Assembly (NCBI GenBank): GCA_963749655.1
Contig: CAVVOB010000023.1
Coordinates: 1-64,000 of the forward strand
DNA from: Nitrospirota bacterium
GTDB taxonomy: Bacteria; Nitrospirota; UBA9217
Direction: 5' to 3'
Length of the DNA stretch: 64,000 nucleotides
Of the stretch, positions 39,278 through 49,361 are shown piece after piece. Position 1 is the first letter of the stretch. Each line of letters opens with the position of its first letter. The notes under the pieces were generated by a model that was given only the letters and a program-made list of their open reading frames with translations, did no database searches and had not been told where the DNA came from. A program made the translations under genes and the position numbers.

Positions 39278-39435
39278 TTAATGACATGGCCTGTAAGAGG
39301 TATATTTCTTAGCCGATCCCTTGGCCTTTTCAGCGGGATACTTCATTTCATTCTGCGCGATCTTCTTCTCGACTTCCGCAAGCAGGTCGATTTTATATTC
39401 CTCACAAAGATAGGTGAGGAAGATAAGCCCGAAGG
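39278..39435 (-). pseudogene. MazG-like nucleotide pyrophosphohydrolase C-terminal remnant
   Basis: LIFLTYLCEEYKIDLLAEVEKKIAQNEMKYPAEKAKGSAKKYT resembles the C-terminus of dCTP pyrophosphatase-like proteins; the N-terminus is missing. Confidence 0.65.
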
Positions 39436-39491
39436 GGACGTTGTTGCGCCCGTTGCTTCGGTGTTTTCCCCTGCTACCGGAGAACTGCGGC

Positions 39492-39875
39492 TCATGGGAC
39501 GAACTTTCGTACTTCCAGACCCGGTATTTTCTTAAAGTGTTTATGATTCGCGGTGACAAGCACGTCGTCTTCCCGCAGCGCTGTTGCCGCCACAAGCGCA
39601 TCGATCGTCCTCAGTCCGTCCGCCGATGCATGCCCTTCGAGCAGCGCGATCGCCTTTTCAGAAATGTGTTCATCGGGAGGAACGACCGCCGCGATGTTCT
39701 CGCGAATGAAATCTTTTACCTCACGCAGCTCCTGCCGGTCCCGGCAGCCCTGCACCAGCTCCATAATGCAAAGGGAGCTCACCTGCCGGTCCCTGTAGGC
39801 GATGCCGGCGATGAGCCCCCTTGCTTTTTGGTTGCCCCGGAAATACCAGATCAACACGTCGGTGTCGAAGATCAT
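39492..39875 (-). CDS. VapC/PIN-domain toxin
   Basis: MIFDTDVLIW, DALVAATA, VTANHKHF. Confidence 0.92.
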   Translation of the reverse strand: MIFDTDVLIWYFRGNQKARGLIAGIAYRDRQVSSLCIMELVQGCRDRQELREVKDFIRENIAAVVPPDEHISEKAIALLEGHASADGLRTIDALVAATALREDDVLVTANHKHFKKIPGLEVRKFVP

Positions 39876-40111
39876 CGCGGATACCGCTCTTTTCTCCGCT
39901 CCTTGAGCCACTTCGCCACATCCGTCATTTCCTTCCGGCCTTTCCATATGCCGAATCCGACAGGACTGAACGGTTTGTTAATGTCGCTCACGGGTCTCAT
40001 AACGGCGATGGATTTCCCCCGCATCGTGATGACCACCTCGTCGCCTTTCCTGACGCGCTCAAGAATTGCCGACGCATTAGTGCGAAGCTCTTTTGCCGTT
40101 GCCGTCTTCAT
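39872..40111 (-). CDS. Phd/YefM-family antitoxin
   Basis: MKTATAKELR...ILERVRKGDEVVITMRGK. Confidence 0.9.
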   Translation of the reverse strand: MKTATAKELRTNASAILERVRKGDEVVITMRGKSIAVMRPVSDINKPFSPVGFGIWKGRKEMTDVAKWLKERRKERYPR

Positions 40112-40133
40112 GACAGCCTCCTTAATATACACT

Positions 40134-40166
40134 TTGAAGTATATACTTCAAGGCGTCCTTGGTCAA
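40134..40166 (-). promoter_or_regulatory. TA promoter with perfect palindromic operator
   Basis: TTGACC-N17-TATACT overlapped by the 18-bp palindrome TTGAAGTATATACTTCAA (40134-40151). Confidence 0.75.
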
Positions 40167-40416
40167 GGCTTTTTAATCATTGAGATTCTACTCCTTCTCT
40201 CCATTCCTCTTGTCGCAGGGACCCCGAGTCCACCAGGGTCTTTCCTTTTGACATTCACCGCTTCCTGTTGGTTCGCAGCAAACGCTTATGCGCCGATCTC
40301 GTCAACCCTCAAGGATCGGCGTCCTTCGAATACCGTCAGCATTTCCACATTTTTTTGTTTACCCGGCAGAGCAGCATCTCGCTCCAGCTGCGGACGCGTC
40401 AGGCAGCACGAAAACT

Positions 40417-40890
40417 TCACTTCGCCGGTCTTTTTTTGCTTACCACATCCTTCTCCAGCAGGCTCCTGAGCGCTTCCCTGATCTCCTCATTGTCTATGGA
40501 CTGCACTGCGCGCTCTATCTTTTCCTTCTCGTCCGCAGCAAGGTGGTATCGCACAGGTTTTCCCTCCGGTTCCGGACCATCGGGCGCGACAACCTCGCCC
40601 AGCTTGAGGGTAATGTCCCGGACCGCGTGCCCGCCCTGGATAGCGTGCAGCTTCCCGATGATCTCGGGCTTCATGAGCGACAGCTGCTGCATCCATGCCG
40701 GACTGTCCACGATAACCTGCAGCTTGCCGCTGCGGAGCCCCGCCGGCCGCGCATGGCGGGCGATGGCCGGCCCCACGGTCCGGTCCCAACGGGTAAAAAG
40801 GCGGTATTCGTGCAGCCTGGCCTGCATGCCGCAGGCTTTCAGGATCCTGTCAAGGGTCGCGGAAAATCGGTCTATCTTCTTCTTTGCCAT
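40417..40890 (-). CDS. dciA: DUF721/DciA-family protein
   Basis: WDRTVGPAIARHARP...LQVIVDSPAWMQQLSLMKPEII. Confidence 0.82.
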   Translation of the reverse strand: MAKKKIDRFSATLDRILKACGMQARLHEYRLFTRWDRTVGPAIARHARPAGLRSGKLQVIVDSPAWMQQLSLMKPEIIGKLHAIQGGHAVRDITLKLGEVVAPDGPEPEGKPVRYHLAADEKEKIERAVQSIDNEEIREALRSLLEKDVVSKKRPAK

Positions 40891-41006
40891 GAGTGTCAAT
40901 CATAGCACGGCAAGAGTTCTTTTGACAACAGAGAACGGTGCGGATATAATAGAAAAATCCGCTCTGTTTTGACACGGTCGTACCGAGGGATGAAGGAGAG
41001 CATTAT

Positions 41007-42002
41007 ATGCCGGAACTGCGAAAAGACCCGATCACCGGCAGGTGGGTGATCATTTCGTCGGAGCGGGGCAAACGCCCCAGTGAGTTTCAGGACCAGCGCG
41101 ACAAGAAGAGATCGGGTTTCTGCCCTTTCTGCGCGGGCAACGAAAGGACGACACCGGCCGAGATCCTCGCCTACCGCGAGGGCGGCCAGCCGAACGGCCC
41201 CGGGTGGCGTCTCCGCACCGTGCCGAACAAGTTTCCCGCGCTCCAGATCGAGGGGGACCTGAACAAGGCGGGCGAAGGCATCTTCGACAAGATGAACGGC
41301 ATCGGCGCCCACGAAGTGATCATCGAAAGCCCCGATCACAACGCGACGCTCGCGACCCTCCCCCTCAAAGCGATGGAGGAGGTGCTCTGGGCGTACCGGG
41401 ACCGCATGGAGGACCTGAAAAAGGACACCCGTTTTCAGTACACCCTCATCTTCAAGAACGAAGGCCTGACCGCGGGCGCGACCCTGGAGCATACGCACTC
41501 GCAGCTCATCGCGCTGCCGATCGTGCCCATCCAGGTCCAGGAGGAGATCGACGGGGCCAAGCGCCATTACGAGCTCAAGGAGCGCTGCATCTTCTGCGAC
41601 ATCATCCACCAGGAGATGCGCACCGCGACGCGCGTCGTGCTCGAAACGCCGCTTTTCATCGCCCTCTCTCCCTACGCCCCGCGCTTCCCCTTTGAGACCT
41701 GGATCATGCCCAAAAAGCACGTCTCCTGCTTTGCCTGCTCGTCGAACGACGAGTTCCGGGACCTTGCCGGCCTCATGCAGAACGTTCTCCGCAGGCTCGA
41801 CCGGGCGCTTTCTAACCCGCCCTACAACTACGTGATCCACACCTCCCCTTTCCGGGACGAGCGCAACGAGTACTACCACTGGCATATCGAGCTGATGCCC
41901 AAGCTCACCAATGTCGCCGGCTTCGAGTGGGGTTCGGGGTTCTACATCAACCCCACGCCGCCCGAAGACGCGGCCAAGTTCCTGCGGGAAATAAAGCTAT
42001 AG
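41007..42002 (+). CDS. galT: Galactose-1-phosphate uridylyltransferase family (GalT/HIT)
   Basis: ELRKDP, CPFC.GNE, NKFPAL, HEVIIE, HTHSQ (HxHxQ), AGFEWGSG. Confidence 0.92.
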   Translation: MPELRKDPITGRWVIISSERGKRPSEFQDQRDKKRSGFCPFCAGNERTTPAEILAYREGGQPNGPGWRLRTVPNKFPALQIEGDLNKAGEGIFDKMNGIGAHEVIIESPDHNATLATLPLKAMEEVLWAYRDRMEDLKKDTRFQYTLIFKNEGLTAGATLEHTHSQLIALPIVPIQVQEEIDGAKRHYELKERCIFCDIIHQEMRTATRVVLETPLFIALSPYAPRFPFETWIMPKKHVSCFACSSNDEFRDLAGLMQNVLRRLDRALSNPPYNYVIHTSPFRDERNEYYHWHIELMPKLTNVAGFEWGSGFYINPTPPEDAAKFLREIKL

Positions 42003-42192
42003 CCGCGGGGAGCGGAGCGAGCGCAGCGAAGACTGAAGGGGTACTGAGCTTGCCGATTCTTCCGCATGTTCTCATCTTCAGCAGGCCTCTGCGCCCCTGC
42101 CCCGTGCCGGCTGCGTGAAAGGTACTTTAAAGTCCTTTCGGGCCGACAACTTGAATTTTGAGTCAATTTTTTAAATCCGAGGAATCAGAACC

Positions 42193-42257
42193 CTGGACAG
42201 GATTACAGGATAAGAATCGGATAAAAAAGTCAATCCTGTTGATCCTGTTATTCTGTC
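42193..42257. repeat. Intergenic inverted ~9-mer repeat hairpin
   Basis: GACAGGATTACAGGAT ... ATCCTGTTGATCCTGTTATTCTGTC. Confidence 0.6.
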
Positions 42258-42294
42258 GAGGAATTTGATTGTTTGTGAATCTCGCGATCATTTT

Positions 42295-43741
42295 ATGAAA
42301 ATCCTTTTCGCCGCATCTGAAGCAGCTCCCTTCGCGAAAACAGGCGGCCTTGCCGATGTCGCCGGGAGCCTGCCGCCCGCCCTGGCCTCCCTCGGGCACG
42401 AGGTGAGCCTGGTGATGCCCCGCTACCGGGCCGTCGACATCAGGAAATTCAACCTCAAGCGCGTCGCCGGTTTTTCCGTGCCCCTGGGGACCTGGCAGGA
42501 GCGCTGCGACGTGTTCGCCGGCAAGACGGCGGGCAATGTTACGGTCTATTTCATCGACAAGGACATCTATTATGACCGGCCCGGGCTCTACCGGAGCGAG
42601 CGGGCCGACTATCCGGACAACGCGGAGCGCTTCATTTTTTTTTCGCGCGCCGTTGTAGAGCTGGCGAGCGCCCTCGACCTCCGGCCCGACATCGTGCACT
42701 GCAATGACTGGCAGACGGGCCTTGTCCCGCTTTATCTGAAACAGGGCCCGGGGATGCACGAGTCGCTCCGCAAAACGCATACGGTCTTCACGGTGCACAA
42801 CCTGGGATACCAGGGTCTGTTCTGGCACTGGGACATGCGGCTGACAGGCCTCGGATGGAACGTGTTCACGCCCGAGGGGATCGAATTCTGGGGCAAGATC
42901 AACCTGCTCAAGGCGGGACTGATCTATTCGGACATCATCACGACCGTGAGCAGGACCTACAGCCGCGAGATTCAAACGCCTGAGTACGGCTGCGGCCTCG
43001 ACGGCGTTCTGAGGAAACGCTCCGCCGACCTCTATGGGATCGTGAACGGTATCGACACCGCGGAATGGAACCCGGCGCGGGACCCCCTCGTCTCGCGAAC
43101 CTACAGCCTTTCGCGGCCCGCGGGCAAGGCAGCCTGCAAAAAGGCCCTGCTGAAGCAGCTTGGACTCCCGGACCGCGGCGCCCCTCTCATCGGCATGGTC
43201 ACCCGCCTGGTGGACCAGAAGGGCCTCGATATCCTGGTTGACGGCCTGGACGAGATCATGTCCCTCGGGGTTCAACTTGTCATTCTCGGGACTGGAGATG
43301 TAAAATATCATCAGATACTGAGCGAGGCTGCCGGCCGCTATCCGGAAGGCTTGTGCGTTCTGCTCGAGTATAACGATGCCGTCGCGCGGAACATTTACGC
43401 AGGCAGCGACCTGTTCCTGATGCCCTCGCGCTATGAGCCCTGCGGTCTCGGACAGCTGCATGCCCTGCGGTACGGGTCCGTGCCCGTTGTGCGAAAGACC
43501 GGCGGATTGACGGATACGGTAGCGAACTACAACAGGAAAACAGGACAGGGTACGGGTTTCGTTTTCAAGGAATATTCGGCATGCCGCCCTCGTCGAGGCG
43601 CTCGAGCGCGCGGTCGCAACATATAACGAACCCAGGCGGTGGAAGCTCCTGATGCAGAACGGGATGGGGCAGGATTTTTCCTGGGAACGGTCGGCGCAGG
43701 AGTATGTGAGCATATACCGGAAGGCAATGAGGAAAAGATAG
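42295..43741 (+). CDS. glgA: Glycogen synthase (frameshift near 43580)
   Basis: KTGGLADV, HCNDWQTG, PSRYEPCGL; the terminus QDFSWERSAQEY...KR* lies in another frame. Confidence 0.93.
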
Positions 43742-43907
43742 GGTCCGGGGTCCGGGGACAAGGGGCCGGGGTCATGGGGCAAGGGTCCAGGGTCATGGGG
43801 CAAGGGTCCAGGGTCATGGGGCAAGGGTCCAGGGTCATGGGGCAAGGGTCCAGGGTCCGAAAGCTTGAAGGTTTTACTGACTACTGGACCCTGGCCACTG
43901 GACCCTG
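43741..43907. repeat. Long heptamer array with 21-bp super-period plus a short inverted arm
   Basis: (GGGTCAT GGGGCAA GGGTCCA)x4 flanked by GGGTCCG units; CTACTGG ACCCTGG CCACTGG ACCCTG on the other arm. Confidence 0.85.
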
Positions 43908-43908
43908 A

Positions 43909-46311
43909 ATGAAAACCATGGAAGCACTCGAAAAAAAAGAACTCGGCATCCTGAGCGAGATCAGCCGGATATCGAACTCGGCCATCGACCTCAGCGAGAA
44001 GCTCCGGCGGACCGTCGAGGTCGTTGCCCAGGGCATGGGCAGAGAAGGCGCTTCGGTCTTCCTCATCGATCCGTCGGGGAAAACCGTGACCCTCGCTGCG
44101 GCCGTCGGGCTGAACCAGGAGTCGATCGGCAGGCTGACCTTTCCGCTCGGCATGGGGATCGCCGGTTGGGTGGCGGAGCAGAAGGTGCCGCTTGCGCTCG
44201 AAGACCCCTACTCCGACCCCCGGTTCGCCTATGTTCCGGAATCGGGCATCGAGCGCTTCAAGTCCCTCATTGCCGCTCCGATCATGGATGAGGACCGCTG
44301 CCTCGGAGTGATTTTCGTTCTTTCCCTGTCCGTCTGGCAGGCCGCGTCCTCCGACCTCACGCTCCTGACCACGACAGCCAACCAGATCAGCGGGGTGATA
44401 AAGAGTTCGCGCCTGTTCCAGAGCATTCAGGACCGCCTGGCGGAGCTGGCCACGATCTACGAAATCGGGATAGCGCTGACCACCACGCTGGACCTGGAAC
44501 AGCTCCTGGCGCTCATCGCCAAGAACAGCGCCCAGTCGCTCCGCGCGCAGGGCTGCACCATCCGCCTCGTCAACCTGCCGGAAACGTCGTACCACAAGAA
44601 CTTCGCGGCCTACAGCGAGGCCGGTGACGGCGTCGCCAGACTGGATGCCGGGCTCGGTCCCAAGGTGGCGGAGCGCATCATGCAGGAGCGGCAGCCCCTC
44701 CTGATCGCGAACGTCCGAAACGATCCGGCGCTGGCACCGCATGCCGACGGGCAGGAATGCTCCATCATCAGCATCCCCCTGGTCTTTCGCCAGAAAGTGA
44801 TCGGCGTCATAACGCTCTACAGCAAGCAGGACGCCAGGCCGTTCAACGAGAACGACCTCCATTTTCTCACCACCGTGGCCAGCGCCGCGGCCGTGGCCGT
44901 CGAGAACGCCGCGATGTACGAACGCATGGAAGATCTTGCCATCGAGGCCAGGACCCGCGCCCAGGAGCTCGCCATCCTCTATGACATCGGCACGGCCATG
45001 AGCACGACGCTCAACCTCGACCGGCTTCTCAGGATCATCCTGAGCGCCGCGACCATGGGCGGCAGCGGCCTCGGTTTCAACCGCGCGCTCCTCCTTCTGA
45101 CGAACGAACGGACCAACATGCTCCAGGGAATGATGGGCGTAGGTCCTACGAACTGGGAGGAGGCGGGCAGGGCCTGGGGCGAGGTATCAAGCAGGCACAA
45201 GAGCCTCACGGAATGGATACAAACGGGTGAACTCTTCGAGCATCGGGATTCGGCCCTCAACAATCTTGCCCGGGGGATCAGGATCTCGCTCGATCCGGCC
45301 GAGGGCGTCCTTGCCCTGACGGTGCTGAACAAGCGCCCCTACAACATTGCGAACACCGCTGCGGACCCCATCGTTCCGAAGGAGCTCCGGGAGATCCTGA
45401 AGGTGAACAGCTTCGCCACGGTCCCCCTTGTGGCCAAGGACCGGGTCATCGGCGTCATCCTCGTGGACAACATGTTCAATCAGCGGCCCATCACCGACGG
45501 CGACATCCGCTTCTTGACCATGTTCGCGCACCAGTCCGCGCTGGCGATCGAAAACGCCATTATTCACACCAATCTCGAGACCATGCACAAGGACATTCGG
45601 TCCCTGCACGAGCAGCTCGTGCAGTCGGAAAAAATGGCGGCCCTCGGAGCCATGATGGCGGAGATCACCCACGAGATCAGGAATCCCCTCGTGTCCATCG
45701 GCGGTTTCACCCGCAGGCTCGCGAAGAAGCTGACCAACACCGAAGAAAAAAAATACATCGACATCATCCTGAGCGAAGTGAGCCGGCTCGAGGGCATCAT
45801 CCACGACAACCTCTCGTACATCAAGGAAATGGCCCCCCAGATCGCCGACACGGACATGAATGCCCTGCTCCAGGATATCCTGACGCTCTACGAGGACGAA
45901 TTGTCCCAACGCCATATAACCGTGGAGCGGGACCTTTTCCCCCGCCTTCCGCTGCTCAAGGTAGACGCCCAGCAGATAAAACAGGCCGTTATCAACATCC
46001 TGAAGAATGCGATGGAAGCCATGGAAAACGGAGGGAAGCTTACCGTCAGGACCAGCGTCATGGACGGAGGGCAGGAGGCTGCAGTCGAGCTGGGGGACAC
46101 GGGCCCCGGCATAACGGCGAAGGCCATGCACAATATCTTCAATCCCTATTACACCACCAAGCCGCGCGGCACGGGACTGGGGCTGCCGATCTCGAACAGG
46201 ATCATCAAGGCGCACCGCGGCAGGATCGAGCTGCGCAACAAGGAGACCGGGGGTGCCGTCTTCACGATCAGGCTTCCCCTGGTGGAAGCGGCCAAAACCA
46301 AGCAAGCGTGA
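43909..46311 (+). CDS. Cytoplasmic multi-GAF sensor histidine kinase
   Basis: Three GAF-like repeats each ending A.A.EN; THEIRNPL; NPYYTTK..GTGLGL. Confidence 0.92.
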   Translation: MKTMEALEKKELGILSEISRISNSAIDLSEKLRRTVEVVAQGMGREGASVFLIDPSGKTVTLAAAVGLNQESIGRLTFPLGMGIAGWVAEQKVPLALEDPYSDPRFAYVPESGIERFKSLIAAPIMDEDRCLGVIFVLSLSVWQAASSDLTLLTTTANQISGVIKSSRLFQSIQDRLAELATIYEIGIALTTTLDLEQLLALIAKNSAQSLRAQGCTIRLVNLPETSYHKNFAAYSEAGDGVARLDAGLGPKVAERIMQERQPLLIANVRNDPALAPHADGQECSIISIPLVFRQKVIGVITLYSKQDARPFNENDLHFLTTVASAAAVAVENAAMYERMEDLAIEARTRAQELAILYDIGTAMSTTLNLDRLLRIILSAATMGGSGLGFNRALLLLTNERTNMLQGMMGVGPTNWEEAGRAWGEVSSRHKSLTEWIQTGELFEHRDSALNNLARGIRISLDPAEGVLALTVLNKRPYNIANTAADPIVPKELREILKVNSFATVPLVAKDRVIGVILVDNMFNQRPITDGDIRFLTMFAHQSALAIENAIIHTNLETMHKDIRSLHEQLVQSEKMAALGAMMAEITHEIRNPLVSIGGFTRRLAKKLTNTEEKKYIDIILSEVSRLEGIIHDNLSYIKEMAPQIADTDMNALLQDILTLYEDELSQRHITVERDLFPRLPLLKVDAQQIKQAVINILKNAMEAMENGGKLTVRTSVMDGGQEAAVELGDTGPGITAKAMHNIFNPYYTTKPRGTGLGLPISNRIIKAHRGRIELRNKETGGAVFTIRLPLVEAAKTKQA

Positions 46312-46432
46312 AACCACAGAGGGCACGGAAAAATGCATGGAAAAAATCGAAGCGCGAGGCGGCATATTTTAACAGAACGCACGGCATAGCCGTTCCATTC
46401 CGTTCAAGATGTTCTCTGCGGACTTTGTGGTT
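46312..46432. repeat. Intergenic inverted repeat hairpin
   Basis: AACCACAGAGGGCACGG ... CTCTGCGGACTTTGTGGTT. Confidence 0.5.
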
Positions 46433-46471
46433 GAATTTTGACACTAAGCAATGACGATACAGGAGGCACGA

Positions 46472-46822
46472 ATGAAAAAAATTCTGGTTGTTGACGATGA
46501 ACAGAACATCCGCGAGCTCTACAAGGAAGAGTTCGAGGAAATGGGGTACGACGTGACCCTGGTTTCGGACGGCCTGCAGGCCCTCTCGATGATGGACAAG
46601 GCCAAGTTCGACCTCGTCACCCTGGACATGCGCATGCCCGACATCGACGGGATCGAGACCCTGCGCAAGATGAAGGAAAAGGACAGCACGCTGCCCGTCG
46701 TCATCTGCACGGCTTACGAGGAGTACAAACACGACTTCGGCAGCTGGTGCTCCGACGCCTACGTCGTAAAGTCGGCGGACACCGCGCTCCTGCGCGATAC
46801 CGTAAAGAAGATCCTCGGATGA
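46472..46822 (+). CDS. Single-domain response regulator
   Basis: KILVVDDE, LDMRMP, CTAY, VVKS. Confidence 0.93.
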   Translation: MKKILVVDDEQNIRELYKEEFEEMGYDVTLVSDGLQALSMMDKAKFDLVTLDMRMPDIDGIETLRKMKEKDSTLPVVICTAYEEYKHDFGSWCSDAYVVKSADTALLRDTVKKILG

Positions 46823-48108
46823 AGGAGAAGGCCGAAGTTTTCGTCGAGAAGCTTGTCCACGGCGGCAGCGGCCTGGCGCGCCTGGGCACCGGCCAGGCGG
46901 TCTTCGTTTCCGGCGTGCTGCCCGGCGAGCGGGCAGTGGTCATGCTCCGGCGCAAACGCAAGGGGTTCCTGGAGGCGGACCTTCTCGAAGTGATCAGCCC
47001 TTCACCCGACCGCATCGCCCCTCCCTGCGGCGGCGAGCTCCAGTGCACCGGTGCGACGTGGCCGCACATCGCCTACCCCGCCCAGCTCAGGTACAAACAG
47101 GAGATCCTCCTGGACACCCTTTCCCGGATCGGCGGCATCACCCCGCGCCGCCCCCTCGCGATACTGCCTTCTCCGCGGACCGATCATTACCGCCTGAGGA
47201 CGCAATTCAACGTGAGAGCGTCGGGCGCCAGGCAGCGGATCGGCTTTTTCCGGCAGGGTTCCTACGACCTCATCGAGGTGGACGACGCTTTTCTCATCGA
47301 CCCGATCATCAACAGGACGCTTAAGGCCGTGAGGCAGCTGGAACCGCAGATGCCCCGGGCAACAGAGATCCATATCAACGCCACGCCTGCAGGGGACGTG
47401 CACCTGCTTTTCTTCGGCGAACAGGATGCTCTGCCGCCGATGAACAGCTACTTCGCCGAACTCCAGAAAGCCGCGCCGCAGGTCATCGGCATGACAGGGT
47501 TTGCCGGCAGGAAGAAAGCCTTCACCCTCGGCCGCAACCAGCTGGCCCTCGACCTGGACGGACTGAAGCTTCATGCCACGGAGGGGAACTTCTACCAGGT
47601 CAACTGGGACCAGAACAGGAACATGGTCGGGACGGTCCTTGACTTCGCCGGCCTCAAAGGCTCCGAGACCGTGCTCGACCTGTACTGCGGCATCGGTAAT
47701 TTTTCCCTGCCCCTTGCAAAGCAGGCAAGGCAGGTGATCGGCATCGAGTCCGGTTTTGCCGCCATCGAAGACGCAAAAGCCAACGCAGCACTGAACAAGA
47801 TCGCGAACACGGAGTTCATAGCCGACGACCTGCAGAAAGGGCTCAAGACGCTGATCGAGCGGAAGATGCGCTCGGAAGTGATCGTGCTCGATCCGCCAAG
47901 GGCCGGAGCGACGCTTAAAACGCTCGAACGGGTGCTGGCCTTCGTGCCGCAGAAGATCGTATACGTGTCTTGCAATCCCTCGACCCTTGCCCGGGACCTG
48001 AAGTTCTTCCACCTCTTCGGCTTCCGCCTCGACCGGCTGCAGCCCGTCGACATGTTCCCCTGGACCTATCATATCGAGTGTGTGGCGGAGATGAAGCGGG
48101 AGGAGTAG
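46819..48108 (+). CDS. rlmD: 23S rRNA (uracil-5)-methyltransferase RlmD/TrmA family
   Basis: TRAM domain, FYQVN, DLYCGIGNF, DPPRAG, YVSCNPSTLARD, DMFP.T.H.E. Confidence 0.92.
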   Translation: MKEKAEVFVEKLVHGGSGLARLGTGQAVFVSGVLPGERAVVMLRRKRKGFLEADLLEVISPSPDRIAPPCGGELQCTGATWPHIAYPAQLRYKQEILLDTLSRIGGITPRRPLAILPSPRTDHYRLRTQFNVRASGARQRIGFFRQGSYDLIEVDDAFLIDPIINRTLKAVRQLEPQMPRATEIHINATPAGDVHLLFFGEQDALPPMNSYFAELQKAAPQVIGMTGFAGRKKAFTLGRNQLALDLDGLKLHATEGNFYQVNWDQNRNMVGTVLDFAGLKGSETVLDLYCGIGNFSLPLAKQARQVIGIESGFAAIEDAKANAALNKIANTEFIADDLQKGLKTLIERKMRSEVIVLDPPRAGATLKTLERVLAFVPQKIVYVSCNPSTLARDLKFFHLFGFRLDRLQPVDMFPWTYHIECVAEMKREE

Positions 48109-48440
48109 CAGCTCTCGGCTATCACCTGGCCGAGCTTCCCAAGCTTACTCGCCAGCAATCGAACGGCTATTCGGAATTACTAGTCATCGATCAACTAAAA
48201 CCTCCCGCAAGAAAAGGCCGGAGGATTTTTTTCTCCGGCCTGTGATTCAATAGTGATGGTTTCGTAAAAAGTCATCATTCCCGCTGTCGGGAATCATGTT
48301 GCCAGATAACGCCCTGATAAGATACGATCCCGGACCCCGACTAGTCGGGGCAGGCCGGCAGTGCCCCGCATCAACATTTTTCACAATGAGTGGGGAATGA
48401 CTGTCGACGGGGGAAAGACATCAGAAAGCAAACATGGATA

Positions 48441-48866
48441 TTATTTCAGGCCGATGAACGCGCCGAACCTCTTGAGAAATTGTCGGATATCATTCAGATG
48501 AGAGTGAATCAGGCGGTACAGCTCTTCGTTGTCGATCTCCCAGTAAATATGAACAAGCCGGTTTCTGAAGCGGGCCATCTGGACCAGCGTCCGGGTGAAC
48601 GCCTCGTCAAAAGCGCCCCGCTCTGCGAGGACCTTGAACGTGTCAGCGTAATCTTCCGGTGTTCTAAAGCCGTTCTTCGCTATGATATGGTTCGAGAGAT
48701 CAATGGTCCCCTCTATGGCAACGAGCAGCGAGTATTTCGCGCTGCCGATTTTGTGAGGGTCCGCGAGGAATGCCGCCTGAGGCAGGCCTTTCAACTCTTC
48801 AAGCCGTTCGAGCGCGCCCTGGATCTCCGAAACGATCTTCCTGACTTTATCGGGATTAAGCTCCAA
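48441..48866 (-). CDS. HEPN (DUF86/HepT-like) ribonuclease toxin
   Basis: FRNRLVHIY RX4HXY motif; TTG start overlapping the MNT gene. Confidence 0.88.
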   Translation of the reverse strand: MELNPDKVRKIVSEIQGALERLEELKGLPQAAFLADPHKIGSAKYSLLVAIEGTIDLSNHIIAKNGFRTPEDYADTFKVLAERGAFDEAFTRTLVQMARFRNRLVHIYWEIDNEELYRLIHSHLNDIRQFLKRFGAFIGLK

Positions 48867-49287
48867 GGCCCAGGGCCTCCTTGAGATAGAGCGCGCGGTA
48901 GGGTGCGAAGTCAAAATAATCCGCCATCGTAGCTTCCTGAAACCCGGCCCTCCTGTCGTCGTCCCGCACGATCAACAGTGCACCCTCCTTGATTACGCGG
49001 TATCTGAAGGACAGGGGCGCCGCATTGAGCACCCTCACGTCGACGGGATATTTTCTTATCATATCGCCGCATTCGGTTTCAAGCGACGTTTCGTATTTCA
49101 GGACCGAACCGGGGACTTTCGAGAGATAGAGCGCAACATCGATGTCGTTAAAATCCTCTCCTTGAGCAAAAGACCCATGCACATAGGCAAATAGGACGTC
49201 AGGGCGTTTTTCAAGCGCTCCACGCAGCGCTCCCAGCACGGATTCCCTCTCGATGACCGGTATTTTCTTGAATTTTTTTAACGCCAT
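48856..49287 (-). CDS. MNT (MntA-like) adenylyltransferase antitoxin
   Basis: YVHGSFAQGEDFNDIDVA, VDVRVLN.AP. Confidence 0.88.
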   Translation of the reverse strand: MALKKFKKIPVIERESVLGALRGALEKRPDVLFAYVHGSFAQGEDFNDIDVALYLSKVPGSVLKYETSLETECGDMIRKYPVDVRVLNAAPLSFRYRVIKEGALLIVRDDDRRAGFQEATMADYFDFAPYRALYLKEALGLGA

Positions 49288-49361
49288 GCCAGGATATTAG
49301 CAGAATGGATAAGAAAAAACAAGGACCGCTGATCATGATTTGTTCCTGATCGGCAAAGATT

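Noticed and set aside
43741-43860. CRISPR array
   Set aside because: Contiguous tandem units with no unique spacers and no cas genes.
42163-44862. 899-aa minus-strand ORF and similar long antisense ORFs (12784-14232, 17968-19494, 10427-11731, 52382-53563)
   Set aside because: Shadow ORFs opposite well-supported genes, expected from high-GC codon bias.
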